A stretch of DNA of 64,000 nucleotides from Auanema rhodensis (taxonomy: Eukaryota; Animalia; Nematoda), in assembly GCA_964057225.1 (NCBI GenBank), contig OZ059894.1, positions 9,176,001 to 9,240,000 of the forward strand, in the 5' to 3' direction. Numbering within the stretch: position 1 is the first letter of the stretch; the number at the start of each line of letters is the position of its first letter. Shown here piece after piece: positions 40,701-52,000 of this stretch. The position numbers and the translations under genes are program-made. The notes under the pieces are model-generated. The model searched no databases. It had not been told where the DNA came from and was given only the letters and a program-made list of their open reading frames with translations.

Positions 40701-43700
40701 GGCCTCTGGCGGAACATATGGTAGAATTGGCTTATGCTTAAAGGGTTCACAAGCCGGAATTTCTCCAATTATTGCCTGTCCGATGACTGAATTAGCTTCC
40801 ATAGCTATTGTTTCATCGGTATTGTTACGGAACATAACATATACTCCACTGGTATCACGAAACGCAGTTGGATATAATGATTTTAATGCGCTTCCACTAT
40901 CCCCTAAGACAACCACTTCGTTAGATTCTAGTGGTTTATCTGTCTTTATTGGGATAGGTGCCTCTTCATCAGGCTTTAATGTTTTTGTTCTTAAATTAAT
41001 GATATTCACAGTTATCTCCGTATGCTTAATAGATTCGTTTCCTATTAATGGGATGGCATTGTTTCCAATCTCCAACCTCTTCTTGGATGGTTTAAGGCTG
41101 ACGTCGATGTTTTCGCTGTCAAGCGCTTTCATGAAATCTAGTCCAATTAAAGCGGGAGCAGGACAGTCATGATCGTTTGAGACCAAAAAGGTGTGTTCGA
41201 TCTCGTAACCGGCAATTTCAATTACAAGATTTATCTTTCCATAAAATGTGAAAGTGGACTTGTTGGCTGCCATCGCTACTAAATGTCTCTTCTTGACATT
41301 TTCGGCCATGTTCAGATATTTGAGGGTGGAGAGCCTAACATATGACACTGATGAGCCTGAATCCCATAAAGCTAAAATCAGTTTATCTTCAACTGATATA
41401 TATATTAATGGTAACTTTGTTTCCGCTGATACAATAGAAGCAACAAATGGTATTGCGATTGGAATAAATGTTACTAAAGCAGGATAGTATTGCTTCATGA
41501 TGTTATCTGGCATCTGTTGGTCTGGGCGGCTTACAAGTTCCAATGTTTCTTCATAGCTTGGGGGCTCATTATCTATTTCGTGGACATGCATTACGGTTAG
41601 TGGAGTGGCTCTGAAGAACCAAAATTTAGCAACAACGAAAAGAATTATTAATACTGCGGCAATCGTAACCATTGATCCTATGAAGATGAGTGTTCTCTCA
41701 ATTGATCCTATTAGAAATTGCTTTACGCTAGTCCAGGCGGAAGTTGTGAACTCAGCTGCTTTAGAGATATAGTCACTGCCCTTTTTCAAAAGATTAAAGG
41801 CGGACGTAATTTTTGGATCGTTGTGAATAGTATGTAAAACATGGTTCTGTCGTATGGATGCTAAACTTGCTCCATATGCAATAGCTGTTGACATTGAGTA
41901 AACTCTCAATGATAAATTGGTGTATAAGTTAGCGCCTGTGAACTTTAAAGGTGTTAATTGGTGGTATTGCGCTTTATCAAAGAGTGATATTGGTTTTACT
42001 TCAACCGATCCATTTATATTTATCCATTCTCCATTTTGATAGTATACATCTGTGGGTACATGTTCGCAATCTATCTCTTTTCCATGTGTTAATAAGTCTC
42101 TTGATCCTGGAGCAGCAAAATATAATCTCTCATCTTCTGTTATTACTGGTGTTTCCAAATAGCATGTATCATTGATCTTATGATTATGATAAACAGCTTT
42201 AGGTTGAAGAGGTAGGCATATATGAACATGAACTATATCGCTGCCTACGAAACGGGCTGCAATATCCTCTCTTCCTAAAATAGTCCTCATTGCTATTGTA
42301 GGTTCTATGTGTAAAATAGAACGCCATAGCTCGAGGTATCTATTTTGAATCTCACATATGGATTCATAAGATTCCATGAAATGTTTCTGTAGCTCTTCTT
42401 GTATGAGTGTTGTTGTATATTGTAGATGATCTTGAGCTATTCTGCGAGATACGTTGAGGTTGAATTGTATTTCGTTGTTCACTTTTGACGCTGTATACGT
42501 TGCCTGAGCCTGAATTTCTCTGGTTTCTACGGGTGGAGATGATGTTCTTTGTTTCCTTAAGATTCGTGACGCCGTGTCAGTGACTGTTGCTAATGTTGTT
42601 GGCGAGAGAGTCGTAGTTATCGCGGCTGTTGTCGTCTCAACTGTGGTTGTCGTCGGAATCCGAGTCGTATGGCTTTTAGTTGTCTCCTGAACTAGTGAAG
42701 CGGGTTTGTCCGTTGTTGTCGTTAATGACAGTCTTCTAGTCAGATAAGGCGGTGTTTCAATATCCTCTAACAGTGGTAAAAATGTTTTTATAAGTAGCTG
42801 GCGTGTATCTGCGCTTGGGTTTTGAATGCGAGGGTGGGGCCCTATCGATATACCGTAGTTAGAATCTTTATCTCGATATAATTTGTTGGTATCTGGCACA
42901 TTGATTGTTAATTGTCGGAACTTTTCATCATCTACGGCTGCTGCTGTTTTATTTGGCCTTATTACTCGCAATGTCATCAAGTTATGGTATAAGTAAAGAG
43001 TGTTTCTAAGTACTATACGCTCATCAGCATTGTCAGTTGTTAGAGTTGGTCGGATCGGCGGCATGTTCACAAAGGATTTTAAAACCTCTTGCCTTGATGG
43101 TACCGACAGATTGTTTTCAAATATTACCGGTGTATAAGCTAACTCCATCGCTATGCTTTCGGCTCTTTCACGGTAGGATCCGTCTTTTTCTAGCAGTTTT
43201 TCGTCAAATTCGTGTGCTGTTAATCTGTCACCTATCTGTTCTAATAATTGTTGTGAGGTTAAATACCGTATAGCGCCGCGAGTGGTTGCTGCCAGTTCCT
43301 TTTGCGCAAGAAAATAAAGTATTGCTTCCTCAGGGTCGTGTATTTCGTATGTTTGAAGGAAACGTTGTATGGATTTATCAGATACGGGACTTCTTAAGAA
43401 GAAATAAAACTTCTCGGGATGTGCTGAAACCCAGTCAATAATTGAATATGAAGGGTTGACAGCTCGTCTGGCCTTTATAAGCGGTATTATCTTTGGAGTT
43501 GAAGCTGAAGTTTGAATATTGTAGTCCTGAATATAGAAATCAGGGTCCTCCTCGGTGTTGTCCGGAGGTGAATACGTGCCTTCTCGAGGAATGAAGGTTT
43601 TCTCGACTTTGGGTTTTACCTCTTGTTCAGGCTCTTCAATCTGAACACTGAGGAGTCGAGTGCGGCTTCTGGTTCGACTGGCGACTGCGATGTCGTCACT

Positions 43701-43751
43701 GGACTCAGAAGGGTATAGAGCAGGGACGGCCGAAGAGTATCTTCGTGCCAC
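37740..43751 (-). CDS. Polyprotein: unknown N-terminus, Thr-rich linker, furin site, gB-like glycoprotein C-half, TM, PPxY, protease, RT, RNase H, integrase
   Basis: RKQR at 42546-42557; LQY...ICEIQN...LW...EP...LGREDIAARFVGSD...C...CYLETP (gB domain III/IV pattern); TM near 41610-41690; PPSY at 41553-41564; LWDSG at 41355; YLDD at 40032; RNase H SDGS...GAVL; HHCC, D-D-E and YDGPC integrase motifs. The listed start is GTG and the true start is unknown. Confidence 0.92.
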   Translation of the reverse strand: MARRYSSAVPALYPSESSDDIAVASRTRSRTRLLSVQIEEPEQEVKPKVEKTFIPREGTYSPPDNTEEDPDFYIQDYNIQTSASTPKIIPLIKARRAVNPSYSIIDWVSAHPEKFYFFLRSPVSDKSIQRFLQTYEIHDPEEAILYFLAQKELAATTRGAIRYLTSQQLLEQIGDRLTAHEFDEKLLEKDGSYRERAESIAMELAYTPVIFENNLSVPSRQEVLKSFVNMPPIRPTLTTDNADERIVLRNTLYLYHNLMTLRVIRPNKTAAAVDDEKFRQLTINVPDTNKLYRDKDSNYGISIGPHPRIQNPSADTRQLLIKTFLPLLEDIETPPYLTRRLSLTTTTDKPASLVQETTKSHTTRIPTTTTVETTTAAITTTLSPTTLATVTDTASRILRKQRTSSPPVETREIQAQATYTASKVNNEIQFNLNVSRRIAQDHLQYTTTLIQEELQKHFMESYESICEIQNRYLELWRSILHIEPTIAMRTILGREDIAARFVGSDIVHVHICLPLQPKAVYHNHKINDTCYLETPVITEDERLYFAAPGSRDLLTHGKEIDCEHVPTDVYYQNGEWININGSVEVKPISLFDKAQYHQLTPLKFTGANLYTNLSLRVYSMSTAIAYGASLASIRQNHVLHTIHNDPKITSAFNLLKKGSDYISKAAEFTTSAWTSVKQFLIGSIERTLIFIGSMVTIAAVLIILFVVAKFWFFRATPLTVMHVHEIDNEPPSYEETLELVSRPDQQMPDNIMKQYYPALVTFIPIAIPFVASIVSAETKLPLIYISVEDKLILALWDSGSSVSYVRLSTLKYLNMAENVKKRHLVAMAANKSTFTFYGKINLVIEIAGYEIEHTFLVSNDHDCPAPALIGLDFMKALDSENIDVSLKPSKKRLEIGNNAIPLIGNESIKHTEITVNIINLRTKTLKPDEEAPIPIKTDKPLESNEVVVLGDSGSALKSLYPTAFRDTSGVYVMFRNNTDETIAMEANSVIGQAIIGEIPACEPFKHKPILPYVPPEADWESKLPYFPRDFIKDLDLENADLTKEEKHELTKIIESHREAFLNEDRKIGLFKGPIEHTIPLRTDMDMPKPRITRIPLGKQEEIEKQVKEMLEQGIIEPSTSLFNSPVVLVKKKDDTYRFVTDFRALNNVTRKQTYVIPSISDIVDLAAGAQFFSNFDLVSGFFQISLRKSDRPLTAFTTTSGTYQYKRMPMGLCGAPHTFQTAVRYLQSKCSCKLFVYLDDLLVISDTREQHLKDIDDLLQAVEELGMKIKLKKCAFAQPEVKFLGLIVGRQGIKPDPQKVAAIQDYPAPKNATGVRAFLGMVGFFRKFMKDFARIASPLYDLTKADTEFKWENKHQEALDLLKRSLIQAPVLSPPKSDRLFIVESDGSNIAIGAVLLQPEDPKQPLKNLHPIAFASRKLVKAERNYAPIEIEALGLVYALNQFRTYILGTHTICITDHRPLTSLMTRRDLFGRLAKFQLVIQEYDIEIKYRAGQLNKVCDALSRYIGEEANDAKPETKKKKMEEIHINAINTPTIKEIQLSTPWIKRTIAEIEYRAQKNMTANDRYCVINDLLYTKPTDKKPQPAIVIPQEHPIIEEIIKVFHEDPTIAAHQGIIKTKEAILRRFYWTNMQNDITIFIKNCIKCAQRKKDPHSMTVQPIGHFEIPSKPFERVHMDVMGPFPPSKRNCTYVITMQDAFTKWSTTIAVPQITTEITIDRFLRHFVYIFGPPHRLITDRGSNFVSKKFEEMCTKLGIKHEPTLPHQKNSNGQVERLHRTLEEGLTHYLKEDLSDWDTVLPKITFAINNIQHATTGIAPYIALFGKECRMSMDAELPETITKIQEISEELLQRRPDMDKRDEIIKNRIAKNQENAKKKKDRTQRAHHRDIQPGDMVMTTIKSHQIGQKLRKSYDGPCEVINVEGSKVQIRNSSGKLQDIHKDNLKIFSPASQNISYNTRARFRESQAEEDSDIEIIEVINRNNKDSIDTEPEDENEDEIWLPRNEEE

Positions 43752-44164
43752 TTTGGAATCACTCTTGGTTCGGAAAAACCGCGAGTGTTTCGTTATATGG
43801 GGGATGTTGACGTTGAATGAGTGACAAGAAATTCGGGTCGGTTATAGGAAAAGTAAGAAACGTTTGAAGATTGAGACGTGGCGTCTTTCGCCGAGAATCG
43901 TTATTAGATGAGAAAGAGTTTTAAAATCTTGGCCTGAGATCTGGCTCCGCCTATCTACCGTATTCTCTTTTCTTTATTCTATTTCACAGATGTTCATCAA
44001 TTATAAATTTTTTTTGGTCTTCGCTCTTTCTAGCCTCAATCTTAATACTTTACTCTAATTGAATTCTTGAAAGTATGAGAGAGATTTTCAGTCGTTTTAT
44101 GTCCCCTTTTTATGCATAAGAATCTTTATATTTGTAGAGCTGAAAAAAAAAAATAAATCAAAGA

Positions 44165-44698
44165 ATGGCTTATGAAGGTCTATCGGGAATGACTTTTGTC
44201 TTGAGGAAGCTGTACGCTGACCTCGTCTTGTATGATCAAGACGAAGTGTTAGCTTATAGGCCGCACCCAGACATAATTAAGATGGTTGGTTAAAACAAAG
44301 AAACATGTTATCTTAATAAGAATTTTTAGTTTATTGAGGATTTAAAGATGCATTATCTGGGAAGGGGATTAGTAAACTTCTCCCTAATGCAGGAAATAGC
44401 GGATGAGGTTGCAGCTATCCGGCGATGGTGCCTCACCGACTTGTGCGCGCATTGGTATGAAAACCCAAATCTGGTCGCATCCCCTTGGAATTGGTATGAG
44501 CATAAGTCTCATGATTTTTATGATTATATGTCTAAAATTTTGTTTAAAATTTATTTATTTTATGAACAGTCTCCTATGGGCTTATTGCTAAGGACCTCTG
44601 CGGATTCGGTGTATTCGCAGTATTTAGAGCCTAGCGATGAGCCCATCTCACAGCCTATAGAATTTGTGAGACAGTTGCATTTTAAATGGGGCTTTTAA
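44165..44698 (+). CDS. Two-exon, 162-aa hypothetical protein, antisense to the retroelement
   Basis: Exon 1 44165-44284 (MAYEGLSG...DIIKM), 45-nt intron GTTGGT...TTTTTAG (44285-44329), and exon 2 44330-44698 in frame with the listed 116-aa ORF; AATAAA at 44715-44720. Confidence 0.78.
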
Positions 44699-45660
44699 CA
44701 ATTGTTTCATATATAATAAATACTTAATTTCACTCATTTGTTCTCTCTCTCTTTTTTTTTTTTTTCCATAACACAAACTTTGGTCGAGCTTATTAATAAA
44801 GAAGGAGTGCGTGCGCCTTGGGAAAATGGCTCATGTGCACGTTATTATTAAAAGCCGTGGGCGATTCTTTTTCGGAATGATTTTGGCATGCTAATGAGAT
44901 TCCGAGAATATTTAAAAAGATTGCTCATTTTACTAATGGACTGAGACCAAAGCTCGTTTATAAAACGCAATTTTTTTCTTTAAACCATTCTACTAATTTA
45001 TAGAATATTACAATATGAATACTACGGTAGGTGTGTGGGAATATCTTATGATGTTAGCAACAAAAATGAGCTGAGGAAGGTGACACATTCTACGGAGAAG
45101 AAAACATCCGTAGCCCATGTGCTTTCGCCAAAATGACCTGACAGGCAATAAAATTTGTGCCAGGATTTTTCGGACTAGTGTGGTCTATTCTCACAATCAA
45201 AAAAAAAATAAAAACCGAATAACGGCTCCCGCAAAAATATTTAGTTAGCATGCTCTTTTACGCCTGAATTTAACTTTCAAATCTCTAGTCCTGACCACAA
45301 TAAAATATTAAACTTTGTGCGCTTTCAAAATTTCATTCTAACTCCTCGTTGCCAAATAATAATGTAATCAAAATTTCGTTTGGTGAAATTGTCCCCTATT
45401 TCGATCCAAACGTCCTCAAAAAAAAATGCAAGAGAAGCGGTGCAGGATACGGTATTATAAGGGTGGACACTCAGACGGTTTTATGAGTGGGGACAGCGGG
45501 TGAAATTTCAAAATTATGTAGTCCTAGCTCTCTAAAAGAGAGATCCCTTGTACCTGCACCTTATACAAGTTGGCGCCCTCATTATGTTGCTAACCGTGGA
45601 GGAAGTTTTAATTTAGATATCAAAATATGGACTTTTTATGCGAGTTTTTGCGACAAAAAT

Positions 45661-45681
45661 GAGTTCGAGGTGGAACCTCCA
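45661..45681 (-). promoter_or_regulatory. Primer binding site, tRNA-Gln
   Basis: Minus strand TGGAGGTTCCACCTCGAACTC, identical to element 1. Confidence 0.85.
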
Positions 45682-46047
45682 CGTTCCATTATGCTCCTAC
45701 GTATATTGAACAGACCATTGTAGTCTGCTCAACTACGCGTATAGTATTCCATAAGTGTAGCGGTATGGAAACAGAGCATAAGGATTACATAAGATAAGGA
45801 AATATATAGGTTTATTATACACAATACAATATCATTACAATACATTAACACAAGGATAAAGTAAACTACATTTACAAGACAAAGACTAATATATAAGATT
45901 AACTAAGTTAGATGCAAACCGTCCATGGGCTTGCAAAGGGGCGAACTCCCGAATAGGGGCATGAGGGAAGGCGGTGCCATTCCTCATTCCTCTAGTCGGT
46001 CTGGCTCTAACCCTGCAGTTACATATATAGAGTCTCCGAATGGAACG
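45682..46047 (-). repeat. 5' LTR of element 2
   Basis: Direct repeat of 36670-37035. Confidence 0.96.
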
Positions 46048-49000
46048 GTTCAAACTCTGGAATTCTGGAAACTGAATAAAACTCATTACTGAAACCGAAA
46101 CTAGGATTCAGAGGACCGATAGAACTCAGAAAAAGAATATTTCAAGGTGTCGGAAGGTAAAACATTGCCCCGAACCAGGATCGAACTGGTGACCTTTAGA
46201 TCTTCAGTCTAACGCTCTCCCAACTGAGCTATCGAGGCTATGATTAGACAGAATAAGGAATTCTTGAAGAGTTATCAGGAACAGAAAACTATAGTTGAAA
46301 TCAATTCCAATGTTCAAACTCTGGAATTCTGGAAACTGAATAAAACTCATTACTGAAACCGAAACTAGGATTCAGAGGACCGATAGAACTCAGAAAAAGA
46401 ATATTTCAAGGTGTCGGAAGGTAAAACATTGCCCCGAACCAGGATCGAACTGGTGACCTTTAGATCTTCAGTCTAACGCTCTCCCAACTGAGCTATCGAG
46501 GCTCTGATTAGACAGAATAAAGAATTCTTGAAGAGTTATCAGGAACAGAAAACTATTGTTGAAATCAATTCCAATGTTCAAACTCTGGAATTCTGGAAAC
46601 TGAATAAAACTCATTACTGAAACCGAAACTAGGATTCAGATGACCGAGAGAACCCAGAAAAGGAATATTTCAAGGTGTCGGAAGGTAAAACATTGCCCCG
46701 AACCAGGATCGAACTGGTGACCTTTAGATCTTCAGTCTAACGCTCTCCCAACTGAGCTATCGAGGCTCTGATTAGACAGAATAAAGAATTCTTGAAGAGT
46801 TATCAGGAACAGAAAACTATTGTTGAAATCAATTCCAATGTTCAAACTCTGGAATTCTGGAAACTGAATAATACTCATTACTGAAACCGAAACTAGGATT
46901 CAGAGGACCGATAGAACTCAGAAAAAGAATATTTCAAGGTGTCTGAAGGTAAAACATTGCCCCGAACCAGGATCGAACTGGTGATCTTTAGATCTTCAGT
47001 CTAACGCTCTCCCAACTGAGCTATCGAGGCTATGAGTAGAGAGAATAAAGAATTCTTGAAGAGTTATGAGGAACAGAAAACCACTGTTGAAATCAATTCG
47101 AATGTTCAAACTCTGGAATCCTGGAAACTGAATAATACTCATTACTGAAACCGAAACTAGGATTCAGATGACCGAGAGAACCCAGAAAAGGAATATTTCA
47201 AGGTGTCGGAAGGTAAAACATTGCCCCGAACCAGGATCGAACTGGTGACCTTTAGATCTTCAGTTTAACGCTCTCCCAACTGAGCTATCGAGGCTATGAT
47301 TAGACAGAATAAAGAATTCTTGAAGAGTTATCAGGAACAGAAAACTATTGTTGAAATCAATTCCAATGTTCAAACTCTGGAATTCTGGAAACTGAATAAT
47401 ACTCATTACTGAAACCGAAACTAGAATTCAGATGACGGATAGAACTCAGAAAAAGAATATTTCAAGGTGTCTGAAGGTAAAACATTGCCCCGAACCAGGA
47501 TCGAACTGGTGACCTTTAGATCTTCAGTCTAACGCTCTCCCAACTGAGCTATCGAGGCTATGATAAGATAGAATAAAGAATTCTTGAAGAGTTATCAGGA
47601 ACAGAAAACTATTGTTGAAAGCAATTCCAATGTTCAAACTCTGGAATTCTGGAAACTGAATAATACTCATTACTGAAAAAGAAACTAGGATTCAGAGGAC
47701 CGATAGAACTCAGAAAAAGAATATTTCAAGGTGTCTGAAGGTAAAACATTGCCCCGAACCAGGATCGAACTGGTGACCTTTAGATCTTCAGTCTAACGCT
47801 CTCCCAACTGAGCTATCGAGGCTCTGATTAGACAGAATAAAGAATTCTTGAAGAGTTATCAGGAACAGAAAACTATTGTTGAAATCAATTCCAATGTTCA
47901 AACTCTGGAATTCTGGAAACTGAATAAAACTCATTACTGAAACCGAAACTAGGATTCAGAGGACCGATAGAACTCAGAAAAAGAATATTTCAAGGTGTCT
48001 GAAGGTAAAACATTGCCCCGAACCAGGATCGAACTGGTGACCTTTAGATCTTCAGTCTAACGCTCTCCCAACTGAGCTATCGAGGCTATGATTAGACAGA
48101 ATAAAGAATTCTTGAAGAGTTATCAGGAACAGAAAACTATTGTTGAAATCAATTCCAATGTTCAAACTCTGGAATCCTGGAAACTGAATAATACTCATTA
48201 CTGAAACCGAAACTAGGATTCAGATGACCGAGAGAACCCAGAAAAGGAATATTTCAAGGTGTCGGAAGGTAAAACATTGCCCCGAACCAGGATCGAACTG
48301 GTGACCTTTAGATCTTCAGTCTAACGCTCTCCCAACTGAGCTATCGAGGCTATGATAAGACAGAATAAAGAATTCTTGAAGAGTTATCAGGAACAGAAAA
48401 CTATTGTTGAAAGCAATTCCAATGTTCAAACTCTGGAATTCTGGAAACTGAATAATACTCATTACTGAAACCGAAACTAGGATTCAGAGGACCGATAGAA
48501 CTCAGAAAAAGAATATTTCAAGGTGTCTGAAGGTAAAACATTGCCCCGAACCAGGATCGAACTGGTGACCTTTAGATCTTCAGTCTAACGCTCTCCCAAC
48601 TGAGCTATCGAGGCTATGATAAGACAGAATAAAGAATTCTTGAAGAGTTATCAGGAACAAAAAACCACAGTTGAAATCAATTCGAGTGTTCAAACTCTGG
48701 AATCCTTAAATCTGAATAATACTCATTACTGAAACCTAAGCTAGGATTCAGAGGACCGATAGAACTCAGAAAAAGAATATTTCAAGGTGTCTGAAGGTAA
48801 AACATTGCCCCGAACCAGGATCGAACTGGTGACCTTTAGATCTTCAGTCTAACGCTCTCCCAACTGAGCTATCGAGGCTATGATAAGACAGAATAAAGAA
48901 TTCTTGAAGAGTTATCAGGAACAAAAAACCACAGTTGAAATCAATTCGAGTGTTCAAACTCTGGAATCCTTAAATCTGAATAATACTCATTACTGAAACC

Positions 49001-52000
49001 TAAGCTAGGATTCAGATGACCGAGAGAACCCAGAAAAGGAATATTTCAAGGTGTCGGAAGGTAAAACATTGCCCCGAACCAGGATCGAACTGGTGACCTT
49101 TAGATCTTCAGTCTAACGCTCTCCCAACTGAGCTATCGAGGCTATGATAAGACAGAATAAAGAATTCTTGAAGAGTTATCAGGAACAGAAAACTATTGTT
49201 GAAAGCAATTCCAATGTTCAAACTCTGGAATTCTGGAAACTGAATAATACTCATTACTGAAACCGAAACTAGGATTCAGAGGACCGATAGAACTCAGAAA
49301 AAGAATATTTCAAGGTGTCTGAAGGTAAAACATTGCCCCGAACCAGGATCGAACTGGTGACCTTTAGATCTTCAGTCTAACGCTCTCCCAACTGAGCTAT
49401 CGAGGCTCTGATTAGACAAAATAAAGAATTCTTGAAGAGTTATCAGGAACAGAAAACTATTGTTGAAAGCAATTCCAATGTTCAAACTCTGGAATTCTGG
49501 AAACTGAATAATACTCATTACTGAAACCGAAACTAGGATTCAGAGGACCGATAGAACTCAGAAAAAGAATATTTCAAGGTGTCTGAAGGTAAAACATTGC
49601 CCCGAACCAGGATCGAACTGGTGACCTTTAGATCTTCAGTCTAACGCTCTCCCAACTGAGCTATCGAGGCTCTGATTAGACAGAATAAAGAATTCTTGAA
49701 GAGTTATCAGGAACAGAAAACTATTGTTGAAATCAATTCCAATGTTCAAACTCTGGAATTCTGGAAACTGAATAAAACTCATTACTGAAACCGAAACTAG
49801 GATTCAGAGGACCGATAGAACTCAGAAAAAGAATATTTCAAGGTGTCGGAAGGTAAAACATTGCCCCGAACCAGGATCGAACTGGTGACCTTTAGATCTT
49901 CAGTCTAACGCTCTCCCAACTGAGCTATCGAGGCTATGATTAGACAGAATAAAGAATTCTTGAAGAGTTATCAGGAACAGAAAACTATTGTTGAAATCAA
50001 TTCGAATGTTCAAACTCTGGAATTCTGGAAACTGAATAATACTCATTACTGAAACCGAAACTAGGATTCAGAGGACCGATAGAACTCAGAAAAAGAATAT
50101 TTCAAGGTGTCTGAAGGTAAAACATTGCCCCGAACCAGGATCGAACTGGTGACCTTTAGATCTTCAGTCTAACGCTCTCCCAACTGAGCTATCGAGGCTC
50201 TGATTAGACAGAATAAAGAATTCTTGAAGAGTTATCAGGAACAGAAAACTATTGTTGAAATCAATTCCAATGTTCAAACTCTGGAATCCTGGAAACTGAA
50301 TAATACTCATTACTGAAACCGAAACTAGGATTCAGATGACCGAGAGAACCCAGAAAAGGAATATTTCAAGGTGTCGGAAGGTAAAACATTGCCCCGAACC
50401 AGGATCCAACTGGTGACCTTTAGATCTTCAGTCTAACGCTCTCCCAACTGAGCTATCGAGGCTATGATTAGACAGAATAAAGAATTCTTGAAGAGTTATC
50501 AGGAACAGAAAACTATTGTTGAAATCAATTCCAATGTTCAAACTCTGGAATTCTGGAAACTGAATAATACTCATTACTGAAACCGAAACTAGAATTCAGA
50601 TGACCGATAGAACTCAGAAAAAGAATATTTCAAGGTGTCTGAGGGTAAAACATTGCCCCGAACCAGGATCGAACTGGTGACCTTTAGATCTTCAGTCTAA
50701 CGCTCTCCCAACTGAGCTATCGAGGCTATGATTAGACAGAATAAAGAATTCTTGAAGAGTTATCAGGAACAGAAAACTATTGTTGAAATCAATTCCAATG
50801 TTCAAACTCTGGAATTCTGGAAACTGAATAATACTCATTACTGAAACCGAAACTAGAATTCAGATGACCGATAGAACTCAGAAAAAGAATATTTCAAGGT
50901 GTCTGAGGGTAAAACATTGCCCCGAACCAGGATCGAACTGGTGACCTTTAGATCTTCAGTCTAACGCTCTCCCAACTGAGCTATCGAGGCTATGAGTAGA
51001 GAGAATAAAGAATTCTTGAAGAGTTATGAGGAACAGAAAACCACTGTTGAAAGAAATTCCAATGTTCAAACTCTGGAATTCTGGAAACTGAATAATACTC
51101 ATTACTGAAACCGAAACTAGGATTCAGATGACCGAGAGAACCCAGAAAAGGAATATTTCAAGGTGTCGGAAGGTAAAACATTGCCCCGAACCAGGATCGA
51201 ACTGGTGACCTTTAGATCTTCAGTCTAACGCTCTCCCAACTGAGCTATCGAGGCTATGATTAGACAGAATAAAGAATTCTTGAAGAGTTATCAGGAACAG
51301 AAAACTATCGTTGAAATCAATTCCAATGTTCAAACTCTGGAATTCTGGAAACTGAATAATACTCATTACTGAAACCGAAACTAGGATTCAGAGGACCGAT
51401 AGAACTCAGAAAAAGAATATTTCAAGGTGTCGGAAGGTAAAACATTGCCCCGAACCAGGATCGAACTGGTGACCTTTAGATCTTCAGTCTAACGCTCTCC
51501 CAACTGAGCTATCGAGGCTATGATTAGAGAGAATAAAGAATTCTTGAAGAGTTATCAGGAACAGAAAACTATTGTTGAAATCAATTCGAATGTTCAAACT
51601 CTGGAATCCTGGAAACTGAATAATACTCATTACTGAAACCGAAACTAGGATTCAGATGACCGAGAGAACCCAGAAAAGGAATATTTCAAGGTGTCGGAAG
51701 GTAAAACATTGCCCCGAACCAGGATCGAACTGGTGAGCTTTAGATCTTCAGTCTAACGCTCTCCCAACTGAGCTATCGAGGCTATGAGTAAAAAGAATGA
51801 AGAATTCTTGAAGAGTTATCAGGAACAGAAAACTATTGTTGAAATCAATTCCAATGTTCAAACTCTGGAATTCTGGAAACTGAATAATACTCATTACTGA
51901 AACCGAAACTAGAATTCAGATGACCGATAGAACTCAGAAAAAGAATATTTCAAGGTGTCTGAGGGTAAAACATTGCCCCGAACCAGGATCGAACTGGTGA

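Larger units (their letters stand above)
36670..46047 (-). mobile_element. Ty3/Gypsy (Metaviridae-like) LTR retrotransposon, 9378 bp, with env-like region upstream of pol
   Basis: 366-bp LTRs that look identical, 4-bp TSD GTTC (36666-36669 and 46048-46051), PBS, PPT, and domain order PR-RT-RH-IN. Confidence 0.97.

Noticed and set aside
40300-41172. 290-aa plus-strand ORF and other short antisense ORFs over pol and env
   Set aside because: These are shadow frames of the polyproteins with TTG/GTG starts and no recognisable motifs.
44826-45152. Possible second antisense spliced gene in the element 2 leader
   Set aside because: There is an acceptor, an open stretch and an AATAAA, but the candidate exons do not join in phase without a frameshift.
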